Part shown: piece by piece, positions 1-13,250 of the stretch
Layout of the letters: each line of letters begins with the position of its first letter
Numbering within the stretch: the first letter of the stretch is position 1
Assembly (NCBI GenBank): GCA_964057225.1
Contig: OZ059898.1
Span: 11,532,001-11,596,000 of the forward strand
From: Auanema rhodensis
Taxonomy: Eukaryota > Animalia > Nematoda
Reading direction: 5' to 3'
DNA: 64,000 bases
Translations under genes and position numbers: made by a program
Notes under the pieces: model-generated
What the model was told of the DNA's origin: nothing
Database searches by the model: none
The model's input: the letters and a program-made list of their open reading frames with translations, nothing else

Positions 1-60
1 ATCGTTTTCTAAAAAGTTCAAAGTTGGAAATTTTAGAAACAAAATATCATTATATTCTAC

Positions 61-430
61 CTCAGCATCAGTTTCATTAAGTTTTATGTGAGCTGTAGGA
101 AACAAAAAGTGAGGAGATGCAATCATTAGGTAAGTTATGGCCATCATAATGGCACCTCCCCCGATCCATCTAGCTCGATTACCTCGTGAGCCCAAATATG
201 AAATCAGGAGCACAGAAGGAATATAACCGATATCACCTTAAAACAATAAATGATTTAATTGAACTTAAGTAGATAAGTATACTTGCTGATATCATGAATC
301 CAGAAAACTTGGATGGTATCTGGAATTGCTTCTCAATGTTCTGTATGGCAGCAATGATATAGCTTCCACCGATTGCCTCAAAAAAGTATACGAGAGAGAA
401 CAAAGCGAGGAAAACATATATTCGCTCCAT
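61..430 (-). CDS. Organic anion transporting polypeptide (OATP/SLCO family), first two exons; gene continues beyond the window start
   Basis: Exon 1 (430-283) MERIYVFLALFSLVYFFEAIGGSYIIAAIQNIEKQFQIPSKFSGFMISAS, a 46-nt GT..AAG intron (282-237), then exon 2 (236-61) DIGYIPSVLLISYLGSRGNRARWIGGG. IEKQFQIPS..SG and the ISYxG...R.RWIG.G pattern match the OATP N-terminus. Confidence 0.9.
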
Positions 431-3400
431 TTTGTATGTCGTGAACTAAAAGCAGAAAATTAATAAAAATGAAGAAAATGAAGGAACCTATGAAAAAATC
501 ACTAAGCGATTAATGATCATGGTTTAAAAAATAAAACAGTATTGCCGAAAAACGAGGGAAAATGAGGGAAAAGCAATACATCTTATAGCACTTATACATC
601 ATGATGCCGGTCATCATTCTGTAAATTCGATCAAGAAAATAAGATACAGAAAACATTAATGATCAACACACAAATTGAACTTAAATAGTTGAAAGATCAA
701 TTTTGTCAAGGCGCATTACGGAGTTGTTGGTCTGTCGTTAGCGAAATAGTATCGGTGATTAGGTTCACGGTAAGAGGAACGCTAATGTGGCTAAAGCAGT
801 GAAAATAGGCAAAGACGATCTATGATATGGAAAAGAAACAGGCGTGGACTTATACATATTGAAAAAACCATAAGTCAGGTTCGTTCGGAGTTAGATGCTT
901 AGCTAGTACGATTGAATGAAGGCGACATACATTGAAGTACACGCAAGCCATGTTCTCTATAGTATTTTGCCTTGACTAATGACTTAAATTCATTAGTTTT
1001 ATTTTAAGAATTTTAAACAAAATATGAAAAGAATAGGGGTAAGAGTAAGGGTAGAACAACTTCGAATATGTATTGTTATGTTACAGCTACGGATTCTGGA
1101 TTGGAGAAGAAGTGTGGGGCTATCGTATGAGGAACGCATGAAATGATTGATAATCAAAACGAAATTTTTGACTGAACGATTCCTTTAAATGTAATGATAA
1201 AAAAAGGTGAAAAATAAAAAAAAATAGCATAGATAACATATATCTTTAAACATGTTTTTGGTAGAATCTTTTAAAATAGAAGATGAAACAGCTTCATCTA
1301 GTTGTGTTTCTGGAAATATCTCTCTAAACGGATATAGTAATAGTACTAGAAACTATTTTATTATTATTATCGCTTTCTTCACAAAAGGATATATTTGATG
1401 ATGATAGTTATAGTAAAATGATAAGAAAATGTGATTTTAATGAGAAATATATGAGAAATTTGATGTTTGTATATGAAACAGTACTCATAGAAATAGTATT
1501 TCATCTTTAAAGAATCAAAAAATTGAAATTGAAACACTTTCGTCCTATACCATTGAGGATAGAGAACAATAAGAAAACAAAACAACAGATGAAAATTTGA
1601 AATTTTTGAATCAAGGAAAAAATATTTTTTGAGACTAGCTAGAAAATGTATTTATATCAATATGGTATAAGATGATGAAGAAGATAGACGGTATTTGAAA
1701 GATGAACAGGAATTGCATCACAGATCAGACGGACCTGTATGAGACGATAATCATGATCCAGTACTATCTTTAAAAGGAAGACAACATTGCTCTATCAAAT
1801 CTAATTTATGAAATATCGGCTGAAGAACGATTTTGTCGTTGATCATTGTAGTAGTGATGCAGAACGCTCATTTCACCAACAACCTCAGAATGGTACTTCA
1901 GAAGTTAGGGCTACGATGGCTTTAGCCACACCCTCTTCCCCTTTGAACTTAGTTCTACTTCGTTATGTTCTTCTTGATTCTGTTCTTTATTCGTTTCCTA
2001 GTTTTCTTCGAAGAACACGTCAAAGTCTTTAAATAAAAAACGTCTTACTAACACACAAAAGTTTTGAGATTGTTGACAAGAATTTCACTCGTCAAAAGTA
2101 TTGTAGAGTTAACCGTGTCATATCAATAACTGGTCAGATCAGAAAAAAAAAGATTCAAAACAACGAGCATCTTGCCGGGAAATGGCGATCATTTTAGATC
2201 AAATAGAAATGCCTAAACTTTATCGAATATTTTCTAATATAGTATAACCATTTGACTCTTCTGCATACTGATCGAATGCCTCCAAATTCAGCGAATTCCA
2301 ACACTAGAAAGAAATATTGCTATTACGTTCAAGTTCATCAATTACTGAAAAAAACGTATTTTTTGCTATTCAGATGTTCAGTATGATCTGCACCCATAAA
2401 TGTCTTTACTATCATCTATGCCACATAAGCAGAACCAAAGCTATTTCAGTCTTCTCTCTGATTGACAATTAATCAAGATAATTGATCTTTGAAGAATGAA
2501 GATAAATATGAACTTCTCTAATATTCGTCGAACCTGACCACTGACTTGATAACACACCCGAATATAGTAAATTAAATAACATAATAAGCCTTTAAGAGGG
2601 AAATATTTCTTTGATTATAGGGTCATTAGAAGTAAAAATTTGAAAAAGATTCCGGTTTACTTATTTTATTTCTATGTACTACTATAAATGGCATCACAGA
2701 TCGCCATGGGCAAGATGATCGACCAGGAGATGAAAGACTGTGGTGAGAGAGGAGGAAACCATACAATCATACGAACTGAATTGGGCGAACCGGCATCAAC
2801 ATCCACCATACGGGGTCTTCTCTCATTCTTTTTAAGGTTGTTTCTTCATCATACAGATGAAGAAAAGAATAGAAAGATATAAAGAAATGAGATGTATGAT
2901 GATGGTGCTAGGATGTTCAGAGAAAGAAGATGTAAGAGTCTGCTGGTATGCTACAACTACAAGAGGTAGATCGTAATTCACTTAACGGATAAGACCTGAA
3001 GCATTTGTCTCTGTTTTTCATGCTATACAGTTGAACGAGGACCCTGAACGATGTCATACAAATTGTTGAATTTGGCAAGTAACTTATTGAAAATCACAAA
3101 GCCTGATTCATTTTTTTTACGAACTGCTTTGGTAGCTGAAGAAATTTACATGAGTCAGCTTTCAATGGAATATACAATGCAAGAATAGGGGGAATCATCA
3201 GTTCTTATTATTCTTCTTCAGCAAACACACAATTCCATACCGCAAATCTACTCTTCTGTCAAAAAATAAAGAAAATATGACGTTAGTTAGCAGCCAACAT
3301 CGACCATCTTCGTTAATATTCCAGCAACTTGTGATTGTAGAAGAAGTGAACAAAATCTGAAAATCAAAACGCCCACTGAAGTATGATTTCAATCATTTTT

Positions 3401-3810
3401 CAGACTTTTCTCCTGGATTTTCTACAAAAATTCACAATTATTCGGACAATTTACAGGAAATTGCGAGTGGTTTGCATAGCAGCTCGAACTAATCCAAAGG
3501 AATTGGACCGGTTATAACACAGGCTGTGTCTAAACGTATTTTACTTGCCACATGAACCAAGAAAAAAAAAGATTCAATACATAATAAACTTTTTGTAATG
3601 TGCTAGAAATCATCAATAAAACCAAAATTTTCAGAGAAAATATTTTTATTATTATACTGGTAAATATTAATATATTTCAACGCTTTGAATACTAATATTC
3701 TAATATGACAACCCCGTGATGACGATCCACAACTCAGAAAATACAGAGGAATCTTTAACAGTATACATGTGTATATACAAAAATTATAAAATTCCTTTTC
3801 ATTAGCTAAA

Positions 3811-4474
3811 TCATTCAAATTGTTCTTGAACTCTCATGTAGCTATATTGATCTAATGATTCTTTTCTTTTTACGGAGATGGAATAACTTATAAGAAGTAA
3901 GACAGCGTTGATTAAGCAGAACCAGTAGAAGGAACGTTGATTTGCCTCAGCTATTTTAGAACAGGGACGATGCGCCAAAATTCCTGATTTTGTACAATTC
4001 AGACGATCAAAATACCCAGTTGTTAAACAATATTCTGGAAGAATTTTTGCTTAATCTGTTTTCTAGCAAGCAGTGTGCACTTACTTGTTTTCAAAGCATT
4101 TATTTCAAATTCAGAGCATTGCAAACATGATTGGATAACCTAAGAAGCAAAGTTTTTCATGAACAATAAAAACTATTGATATTACCTCATATGGTTCTTC
4201 TAACCAGCATTGACTTGAAGAATGTTTTCTATGCAGAGCTGAAAACCATGTGATTTTTAGGAAACAAAAATTTACAAGAATACCGTCATCTATCTTTGCT
4301 ATTTTCATTTTCATATCATTCGAACTTTCTTCAGCATATTCTTCAATAAAGAATACTACAACAGAAAATCTGAATATCAAGTTAAAGTTTGATTGAAAGG
4401 TTGCTATTAATCACGAACCCAACTAAGGTTAAAACCAATGTGAATATTCTATTGCTCGAACAATAATCTATCAT
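3811..4474 (-). CDS. JTB (jumping translocation breakpoint) family protein, 157 aa, 5 exons
   Basis: Exons 4474-4419, 4369-4284, 4238-4186, 4139-4085 and 4034-3811 join in frame (474 nt): MIDYCSSNRIFTLVLTLVGFSVVVFFIEEYAEE...QCWLEEPYEVIQSCLQCSEFEINALKTKYCLTTGYFDRLNCTKSGILAHRPC...FYWFCLINAVLLLISYSISVKRKESLDQYSYMRVQEQFE*. The six-Cys ectodomain, TM helix and basic tail match JTB. Confidence 0.88.
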
Positions 4475-4985
4475 GTCTTGTAAATTAAAATTGTTTTCAT
4501 ATCTTCATGTAATTTGGTAAATAAGGTATATGTATTTAATTCCAGGATATGACCATATAAAAAAAAAGAATAAACAGTTTGAAACTTTATAGTATATAAA
4601 TTTATATATGTATATGTATATAATCTAGTGATGTCTACATACAATTTAACGACCATATGAAACACGTAGTACTAGGAAGACTAAAACATGTACTTAGTCA
4701 TGAGCAAGACAAATGTATACAAGCTATTCAAAAATTAGCACAATCATACCCATAATAAACAGCAGTAAAAATATCTTATAAGAAAAAATTTGGCTCAGAT
4801 CAGATTTGGAAAATGGTACTGAGAACGTAAAAGAGGAGAGATCCTCTTTCCAATTTTGCGCATAATCAAAACAGCTTACACCGGACAAAAACAACCTATT
4901 TGATATAGCGCAGAAATTCTGAGATCGACCTATCAGACTACAACATTAACAAAGATTCTTTTGGACAAATTAGATATAAGCAATA

Positions 4986-7900
4986 TCAAGCAGCAACACG
5001 TGGAGCTGCTGGCTTAGTCGCCTTCGTAGCAGAAGTTATGCGATTCAATTGTGAAACAGTTCTTATGATAGCCAATAAATTTTTCTTGGCCATAATATCA
5101 CCAGAAGAGCATATTGATGCCTGCAAGAGATTTTGAAAAAATATTTAATTATAATATACTGCATACCTCAGGGACTCCTATTTTTTTACAAGCTAAAATA
5201 AAACCGTCCACATTTCGCTTGCATTTTAAAGGCGACAATTTCTTAAATACAAAATAGTAATGAATTTAAAAAAAGTTTTTATAAAAAACAAACCTCATTT
5301 TCAGCAGAATTGAGAATTGTTACTATCGACTTGGTACGCAACGCGTTTGCAAGCGTGCAAAGATGAACACCATCGGCTAAAGCGGCAGAGATGCTATCTT
5401 TACCAGCCGGTAGTCTGAAAATAATTACAACTTCCATAAAAAGCAAAAAATTACAAAGTACTTACGTTACTCCAATTTTTTCTTCAAAAATTTTCCGAAA
5501 TTGTTCTATCGAGCTAGCTTCGCTAAGTGTTGGCTTCGTTGCGATTGAGGACGAGCGTGAAGTAGACACAGCTGTAGTCGGTTTCTGAAAAAAAATAAAA
5601 ATAAATAGGCAACATTAAATAAAATACTTACTCTAGTTAAAAAAGAGCTGGACGATACTGAGTTTATAGATGATGGTACTCGAGAAGTTGTTGCTGCCAT
5701 CGTTTTGGTTCCTAAACAAGGAGGAAGTTCACAGGAAATGGATTCGTTCAACGAACTTGTTATGGACGAAAGATTAGATGGTGATGCTATTACTGGTTTC
5801 GTGCTAGAAGATACTGTTCGAGTGGAAATATCTTTATGACGAATTGGACCACCAATAGTTTTCTTAGGTACAGAAGTTGTATTAACTTTTGTCAATGAAT
5901 TCTGTAACTCAAAAACGATAAAACTTTATTTTCACTCATTCAAACCTTCGAATTTTCAGAATTGACATTTTGATTACCCTTTGTTGTATTCATCAAAGGA
6001 GCAACCTTTGATACAGGTTTTGTTTTGGTTGTTGTGGAAAGGGCTAAAGAAAGAAAAAATAAATATTCATGAAGTGTGAAACAGAAACATACGATTTTGA
6101 GCAATAGATCCTTTACTGTACGAATCTTTCACCTTCACAGTATTATTATTGCTGATATCAAGAGTATTTGTTGGCTTGTCTAAAATGTGAACGTAGAGAA
6201 TCAAGAAAACGATAAAACGATACATACTTTCAGCAATCGAAGAATTTCCGTTAAAGGCTTTTACATTTGGAACGCTATTTTCTTTTGCAACACTTTGCGG
6301 TATTGTTGGAAGAGGATCGGGTTTTTCGGTAGATTTGATATTGTTATGATTTGCATTGTCGACTTCTTTCTCATTTAAAGAATCTATAGAAGATGACTCT
6401 TGTGATCCTGAAAAAAAAATTATGCTTTAATTGGCTCATTGCTGTCAAACCTTCTACAAGATCTGAAGAAGTAGTACCATTAGGAGAATCTTGGGAATAC
6501 GAGGAAAATTCAGTTATTCCGTCTAGACCAGGAGGAATCTGAAAAGCAAAATCTCAAACATTATAAGCACTTCATAATTGCATCAAAAAAATTTGTAAGC
6601 GTAAATGTGATCCTTCAGTTTAAGCTTGATAACTTGAATGTTGTGGAATTATAAATTATAGAAAAAAAAATAACACTAAACTACTAGTAACTACTTAGTG
6701 AACGCTAAACTACATTTGAAATATAATAAAAAATTAATCACATAGTTATTTCGCTTATTACAATATCAATTTTAGGGAGTGCACATATCTAAGCATGCTA
6801 TTGCACGCACATACCGCATGAAGCGAAATCCCTCTAATCAGTCTGTCTAAAATATGACAACAACCGGATACTTTTTTTTCGAAGAAACAATATATAGTGA
6901 AATAAACAAAACTTTGCCTAACCTCATGCGATAATCTATGTTCATCTGCTGTGCTACCATATCCTGAATCGCTTCCAGTGATGGTATGGAATCGGTGAGA
7001 GCGTGATCGACGTTCCAAGGGGGCTGGTGCTGATGACTTACGTATCATATCAGAATCGCTGATACTAAATCAAATAAGGTGAAAACAGAAGAACATGCAC
7101 ACATACTTTTTATTCACGCCGTTCTTTCCTATATTTAAAGCTTTAATTGTGATGCTAGAAGTAGGAGCTAAATGAGATGGCAAGATGTCACATCCACCAG
7201 AAGCATTGTCCATCCATTTGAAAACATGTTCTCGACCCTATGAATAGCTATTAAACGATGCAAGCGATGAAATGCAAACTTTTGAAATAATGTCTGCTGG
7301 TGGTGATTGTAAAGGATTGTCAGATATATAGAACTCCATAAGAGTTTTCATTTTTCGTATATGCAATGGTAGATGAGTAAACCTATTTGCCGAAAGATCA
7401 AGCGTGTGTAAAGATAGTCTACATAGCTCTGAAACATTGTGATTGGTTAATTACCATTTCAATTGATCAATTAAACCTGATGGGAATTGATCTAATAAAT
7501 TTTTTCGTAAACAAAGGACTCGTAACATTTTGAGCAAGGCTATATCAGCAGGAATTTTCGTTAAAAAATTGTAACTAAGATCCTGAAATATATCAAATTA
7601 ATTTGGTTATTATATCAAGATGTATTACTAATTCGGTCAACGTAGATGAAAGCTGTCTAATTTCCCTCGGAATCGAATCTAGTCTGTTGCCGGTCAGTAG
7701 CAAAACGCTTAACGGCAGTTCAAATAGTGGCAATGGTAATTGAGATAACTGGTTATTACTGAAAACAACAAATGTCCCTTATATCGGTCCCAAGATGATA
7801 TTGTTATACAGATTACAAAAAGAGATTAGGCAGCTGTTAGTGGAAGTAATGTGTACTCTATACCAAAAACTTTTAAAAGGTCAATCAGCTTACCTTAAAT

Positions 7901-10039
7901 CCAAAAACGAGAGAGATATTAGATGAGTTATATTGGAAGGCACATGTCGTAAAGCATTCTGCTGTATCCGAAGAGTTTCCAGTGAGCGTAAGTCACATAA
8001 TCGTGTTGGTATATCAGCAAATCGGTTATTACTTAGATCTGAAAAATAAAATTAAAAAAATTGTCGCATTCTATAGCCCATCACGACAACAATTGAATTT
8101 GGATGCCAGATGGCCAGCAACATATGGTTTGGCGACAGAAAAGACGAAAATCACATTGAGAAAAACTAAAACTGTTCACAGGACTGGGCTTGAAGAAACG
8201 GCCAAAAATATAAAATAGATCCACAAAAAACAATGAACGGAATTAGCCTGTATGAGTAAGTCTTCATATGAAGAACAGGACAATTCATGAGACTATTAAA
8301 CCCGATTACTACGTTTTTTTCATACATTCTAGTCTCATATTACCCGGATCATGCAAAATTGAATCAGAGAGATAGCTATTTTTTGTTAGCCACACTTCAT
8401 TTGGTATATCCTATGGTCAGAAACGTCAAAGAAACTTAGAAAGATTCTATGATACATGATAAATGGCAAAATCGTAAGTCCCTTTTCTCGGCATGGAGGC
8501 TCCTAGCCTTGGTTTTTCGCCTCCCCCGGGGAGAGGGCGCTACTGACAGCATTGTCGCTACCAGGCAAACGCATACTCATCTTTCCCTTCTAAATGACAA
8601 AAGAACTTGTCAAATACGACCTACCCTTGAATTAGTAACACCAAGAATCGCTACGAGACATAGCGCATTTCTAAGAATTACATATTCAAACCAATAAGAA
8701 ATGATTCTTAAATCCCCAGGGAGGTATTCAGATGCTTTGCGACAAGAAAAATCCTTTGAACCCTGTTGATGATACTCACGCTTTTTTTTCACTTCTCTCA
8801 GAGAGATATTTTACATAGATATGGATATTTAACTCGGATCGAAAGGAAATCGCAGTGTGATACCAAGGACCAATTGATTCGGAGGCTAATAAAATAATCC
8901 ATTGAGCGAGTTAAATGGCGTCTGCCTTGCGCATCAAATAAATGTAGCAAGCCGGTGTTTACAACATAATAAGAACACGATAAATCTCGACGATGTACAA
9001 GAATAAGGTGGCTCAGCTGGGAAAACAAATAAGAAAGTGGCGGCAAATAAGCGGAAAGGGAAAGTACCAGCTAACTTATATAATAATGTACATAATAAAG
9101 CCGTTGAAGTACATTAATATAAGCAAAAGATGAAATAAAACTCACCAGCAGCAACTATGTCTGAAATGTCGTACTTCTCCGTAAGAGTCGTGGGTAATTC
9201 TTTCAATTGTCTTCCAACTAATGAGAGCACGCCATTTGTTTCTGCTTCTTCAAACATCTTCTCTGTGGAAGCTGATAATTGCTGAAAAAAATATATATAG
9301 TAAATAAAATAAAGAACAATCTAGGAAAAAACCTCATCTGTCATAACTTATAATTTATTTAGAATCAAAAATAAGCTTGGTCAACAACCGAAAAGTGTGC
9401 AAGCAGCTTTTAAGTAAAATGCCATTACGTGGTTTTCACGTATTTATATACTTTATGCTAATGAGGTACAATTCGCGCGTAAAAATAGTATAAATGAGTC
9501 AATGATTGTAAAATGAGAGCAAAAAAAGTGGCAAGTGAGAAAAACGATGCGTATTTGGGATTACAAGGATTACGAATTGCTTGACCAAGCTGCTGTGTGA
9601 TACCAAAAAAGGGAAGTAAAGGCTAAAGGTACTAATGCGGGCTAGGCGTCCAATCGATCGCAGCCTATAGGGTCTGCATAAGGAACTGTTCTCCTTAACC
9701 TCTCTCTCTTCCTCTCTCACTGTTCCTCAATAAGCAATAGGAAGCCCCAATGCATCAAAGCAAACAAAGCTTGTCATAGAAGGAGGTGGCAAGTAGATAG
9801 ATACGCATGATGTCTCACATAAATAGATCTTTGTAATAAGATTATAAAAGAATAAAACGACGACAAAATAATTAAATTATATTAGAAGCAAGCTGACTCA
9901 CCACTTGTTGGTATCGAATGGACGGTGGTAGAGGAACACTATCAGGACTTCTGATCTTCTCGGGCTCTTGCGCAGAAGGTACTGAGACGCCGACTGCGTG
10001 GACGACGTTCCGTCGCTTGCGCGACCAGGTACCCGACAT
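4986..10039 (-). CDS. Leucine-rich repeat and calponin homology domain protein (LRCH family)
   Basis: First exon MSGTWSRKRR... (10039-9901) follows a TTTCAG acceptor. LRR exons include DLSNNRFADIP..., SNNQLSQLP..., DLSYNFLTKIP..., DLSANRFTHLP...NPLQSPP, then GREHVFKWM. A DSGYGS motif lies near 6960, followed by an S/T-rich linker and a C-terminal CH domain ALADGVHLCTLAN...KCKRNVDGFILACKKIGVPE. Stop TGA at 4986-4988. Confidence 0.9.
9472..9479. promoter_or_regulatory. E2F/EFL-1-like TTCGCGCG motif upstream of a putative alternative LRCH first exon
   Basis: TTCGCGCG lies ~130 bp upstream of an ATG ACA GAT GAG|GT mini-exon (9344-9333) on the minus strand. Confidence 0.35.
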
Positions 10040-13000
10040 GAAGTGACTACCCGCCTGAAAAGGTATGAAGTACAGTTAAACAGTAAATATTGGCAGAAGT
10101 TATATAAAGGTATGAGACAGCAAATAAGAGCATGATCACATAGTAAAGCACGAAATCGGAAAAGTCATAAAGTAAAACAGTGTCAGCAAAGGAAATAATA
10201 TGATGCAGAATAATGGAGTGGGAGTGATGAGGTTAAAGCGAATACGATCATCAATCGATGCACGGCTCAGAATAGTATTGGATCAAAAGAATGAATCCGA
10301 TTATTTGCAAGAGAGAATATGAACAAGATGAGCAGCGAACTACCTCATTCCGAAAACTACTGCAGTAGCCAATATGATGCTATAAATCTGATAGTAGTAT
10401 GTTACTCATACAGAACAGAATGAGAGAATTGGATGCAAAGTATAAAAATGAGGGAAGGTGAAAACGGAAAAAGAGGAAACGAGAGAGGAAAGACGAGAGG
10501 AAATACAGGTCTAGGAAAACGGAGAGAGAAGAAGAGGTAACTAATATAAAGAGATCGCCAAAACTTTACTGATATTATTACTATGTTGAAAGAAGCTTAC
10601 AGCAGCTGTTTTTGATCGATGGTACAAGATATAATATGCCAGATGTTTGCCACAGAACGAGAGGCTAATTACCGCACTATGAGCACAGTCACATAATATA
10701 TTAGGATGCTCTTGAAAGACAAGGCAATGGATTGGCAAAAGAAAAAGGAACCGAATGACACATGAACATAAGCTATAACTAGGATGGAAACAACGGTAGT
10801 TATATGAAAAAGAAAACCATCGAAGCATTGGCAAAAGAGGAAATAATGAGGGAAAGAATAAGAAAAAGGAAGGTACCATAAAAAAAACGAAGAAGCTATA
10901 GAGATTGAGAAAAGACATGAGAAAAGGAGACATTATCTTTCTTTATTATCTAAAAAAGATAATCGAAAAAAGAGAGAGAAAATGCCCCTCAGGCTAATGA
11001 AAGTTTGAATAAAGGAGATGATGACAGCATCGTGGATATATAGAGATGAGGATGATAGATGGAAAAAAAGTGTATAAAACGAAAAAAAAGCCAATTGCTA
11101 TATGGAACAAGTATGTCAACGATATGGTCATAGTTTCAAAACAATTGACCAGAAAGATAGAAGGGAGCTAGGCGACTGCAGAAAAATAATGGACGTGTTA
11201 ATCTAATCTTGAGAGATATAGAGAAACATACAAAACTTATCACTAAACATTTCCGATCGGAAACAAATTGGCAGAGAAAGAGAGGATGGTGAGTGAGTGA
11301 GAGTGGATGGGAGATTTGGGGGATAGGCAAAGGACGACAGCGGAGTACAAGATGCAAATTGAGATGAGAACATAGACCAGAATAGGAAAATGGATGTCCA
11401 GTTATAAATATAATGCCCTTCGATTCAGTTTATATGCTTCTTTACGATAAGATGAGGTGTTGTATGTGAGTTAGTAATCAATAACAGGGGGGGACGATGG
11501 GTGGATGGGATGGCTGAGAGTGACGGTTCTGGGCCCTCGTCGGCCACGCCTCCCAAAGATGTTGAAGGAAAAGGAAGAAGATATATTCTTTGTTTCCAAA
11601 AGAAAATTGATAGTAAAAGAGAATGAGAGGCGAGGAGGAAAAAAAGAATAAAAAGAGATATTGAGTCAAATTGTGGATATAGAGAGTGAGAGAAAGAAGG
11701 ATAGGTAACAAAAAAATTCATTAAAAGTCGATTTGTCAACTTCAGGCCGCCATCACTAAGGTTTTAAAGTTTCCTGTCCGTGCTTTATACATTATGAAAT
11801 GGAATTACATGATGTGGAAGAGGAAGAATATTGCTACGGAAAGGCAGAAAAACGAAATATCGGAAGATGTCAGATCAACAAGACATTTAATGTAATTTTG
11901 AAGTTGAAAGTTGTGCTCACAAATTCGAAAAAGAGAATAGCAAACACACGTAATAAGTAATAGATGATAGATAAAGTCGAATGACAAATTGATGATCGTT
12001 TAATTAATGAGAAACATTGAGTTTGAGATGTGATCAACAAAGACAATGAGAAGAAACAAATATTGCATTAGGGATTGTAGAGTGGATTATGTATTTGAAA
12101 ACTAATGATGACAACTTCCTATTCGAGACAAAGTGATATTGTCGTTGGACTGATGTATTGATGGTTGGATGAGGTTGACTTAGTCGACAGGGATTAGAAC
12201 ATGAGAATATTTTCTTGAGACGGCCAAGGCTCTCAAATCTAAGCCCAATAAGTGAGGCAGGCTAAATTAATTTGATTCGGCTTCGCTGCAAAACTTTCAT
12301 TTTCTTTGAACAAAATTATTATGAATATTTGAAACTTCATAGTGCTAAATGGAGAAGGCCAGTTATTGCTAGAAATATTCTGGAACGAGCCCGAAAAAAA
12401 AATGGAAGAGAACAACATTGTGTCCGCTGGTCCCATAATGAGCCTTTAGGAAGTGGGGGTACTAGCTAGTTGGTGACTAAAACTTGGAACTTGACATCAA
12501 AAAAGATTCTTTTAACTTGACTCGTAAGGAATAGAATGTTAGACATCTTGTCAACGAGTAAATAATACAAGACGACCACAAAAATTATATTCTCAAGCTA
12601 CAGCAAATGTCTGAAATGAACGAAATTCGATGCTTGAACCACAGTTTACGGCACATTTCTGCTGCTGCATTTCTAGGGAGGAGAAGATGACTGGGCGAAA
12701 AAAAAAGCTGAAACGGGGCCATGACGTCTGTCATGTCATAATCATCACTATCGTTATGAGAGATCGTTTTTTAAAATCCGACACATTTCTTCTACTTTTT
12801 TTTTGATTTTCCGTTCTCCGCACGTTGCACTAATCTTCTGTTTTTTCGATAGCTTGTTCAGCGCCTAGCCTAAGCATCTTATATATGTTTTCAACATTAT
12901 CCAGCAGCATGATATCTATTACTTAATGAAATTTTAGGACAGTCCTTTACTCTCAATATACATATTACTTGCATTCATAACTTTTAGTTGGCATAATAGG

Positions 13001-13144
13001 ATTGTAGAGTCGTACATAGTAAATTGAAATATGAATACAATCTGAAGAATAATTCAGAAACCATAATAGGATGTGTGATAGAGACGTATAGCACTTTCGG
13101 ACATACTAACACCGACTTCTGAATTTGCAACATTTATGATATAT

Positions 13145-13218
13145 ATCTCTCTCACTCTCTCTCTCTCTCTCGTTATGGGTGCATTTAATTTTCTTCTATT
13201 ACTCTTTCTTTCTCCCTT

Positions 13219-13249
<31 letters not shown>

Positions 13250-13250
13250 T
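13145..13250. repeat. (CT)n microsatellite tracts
   Basis: Visible CT dinucleotide runs. Confidence 0.85.

Noticed and set aside
2688-3560. Short ORFs and splice-like signals downstream of JTB (e.g. MSYKLLNLASNLL... near 3051)
   Set aside because: I could not assemble a consistent multi-exon ORF on either strand, and saw no recognisable homology.
12862-12875. GCCTAGCCTAAGC resembling the nematode telomeric repeat or a DNA-elimination site
   Set aside because: Only about two imperfect units with no TTAGGC array; expected by chance.
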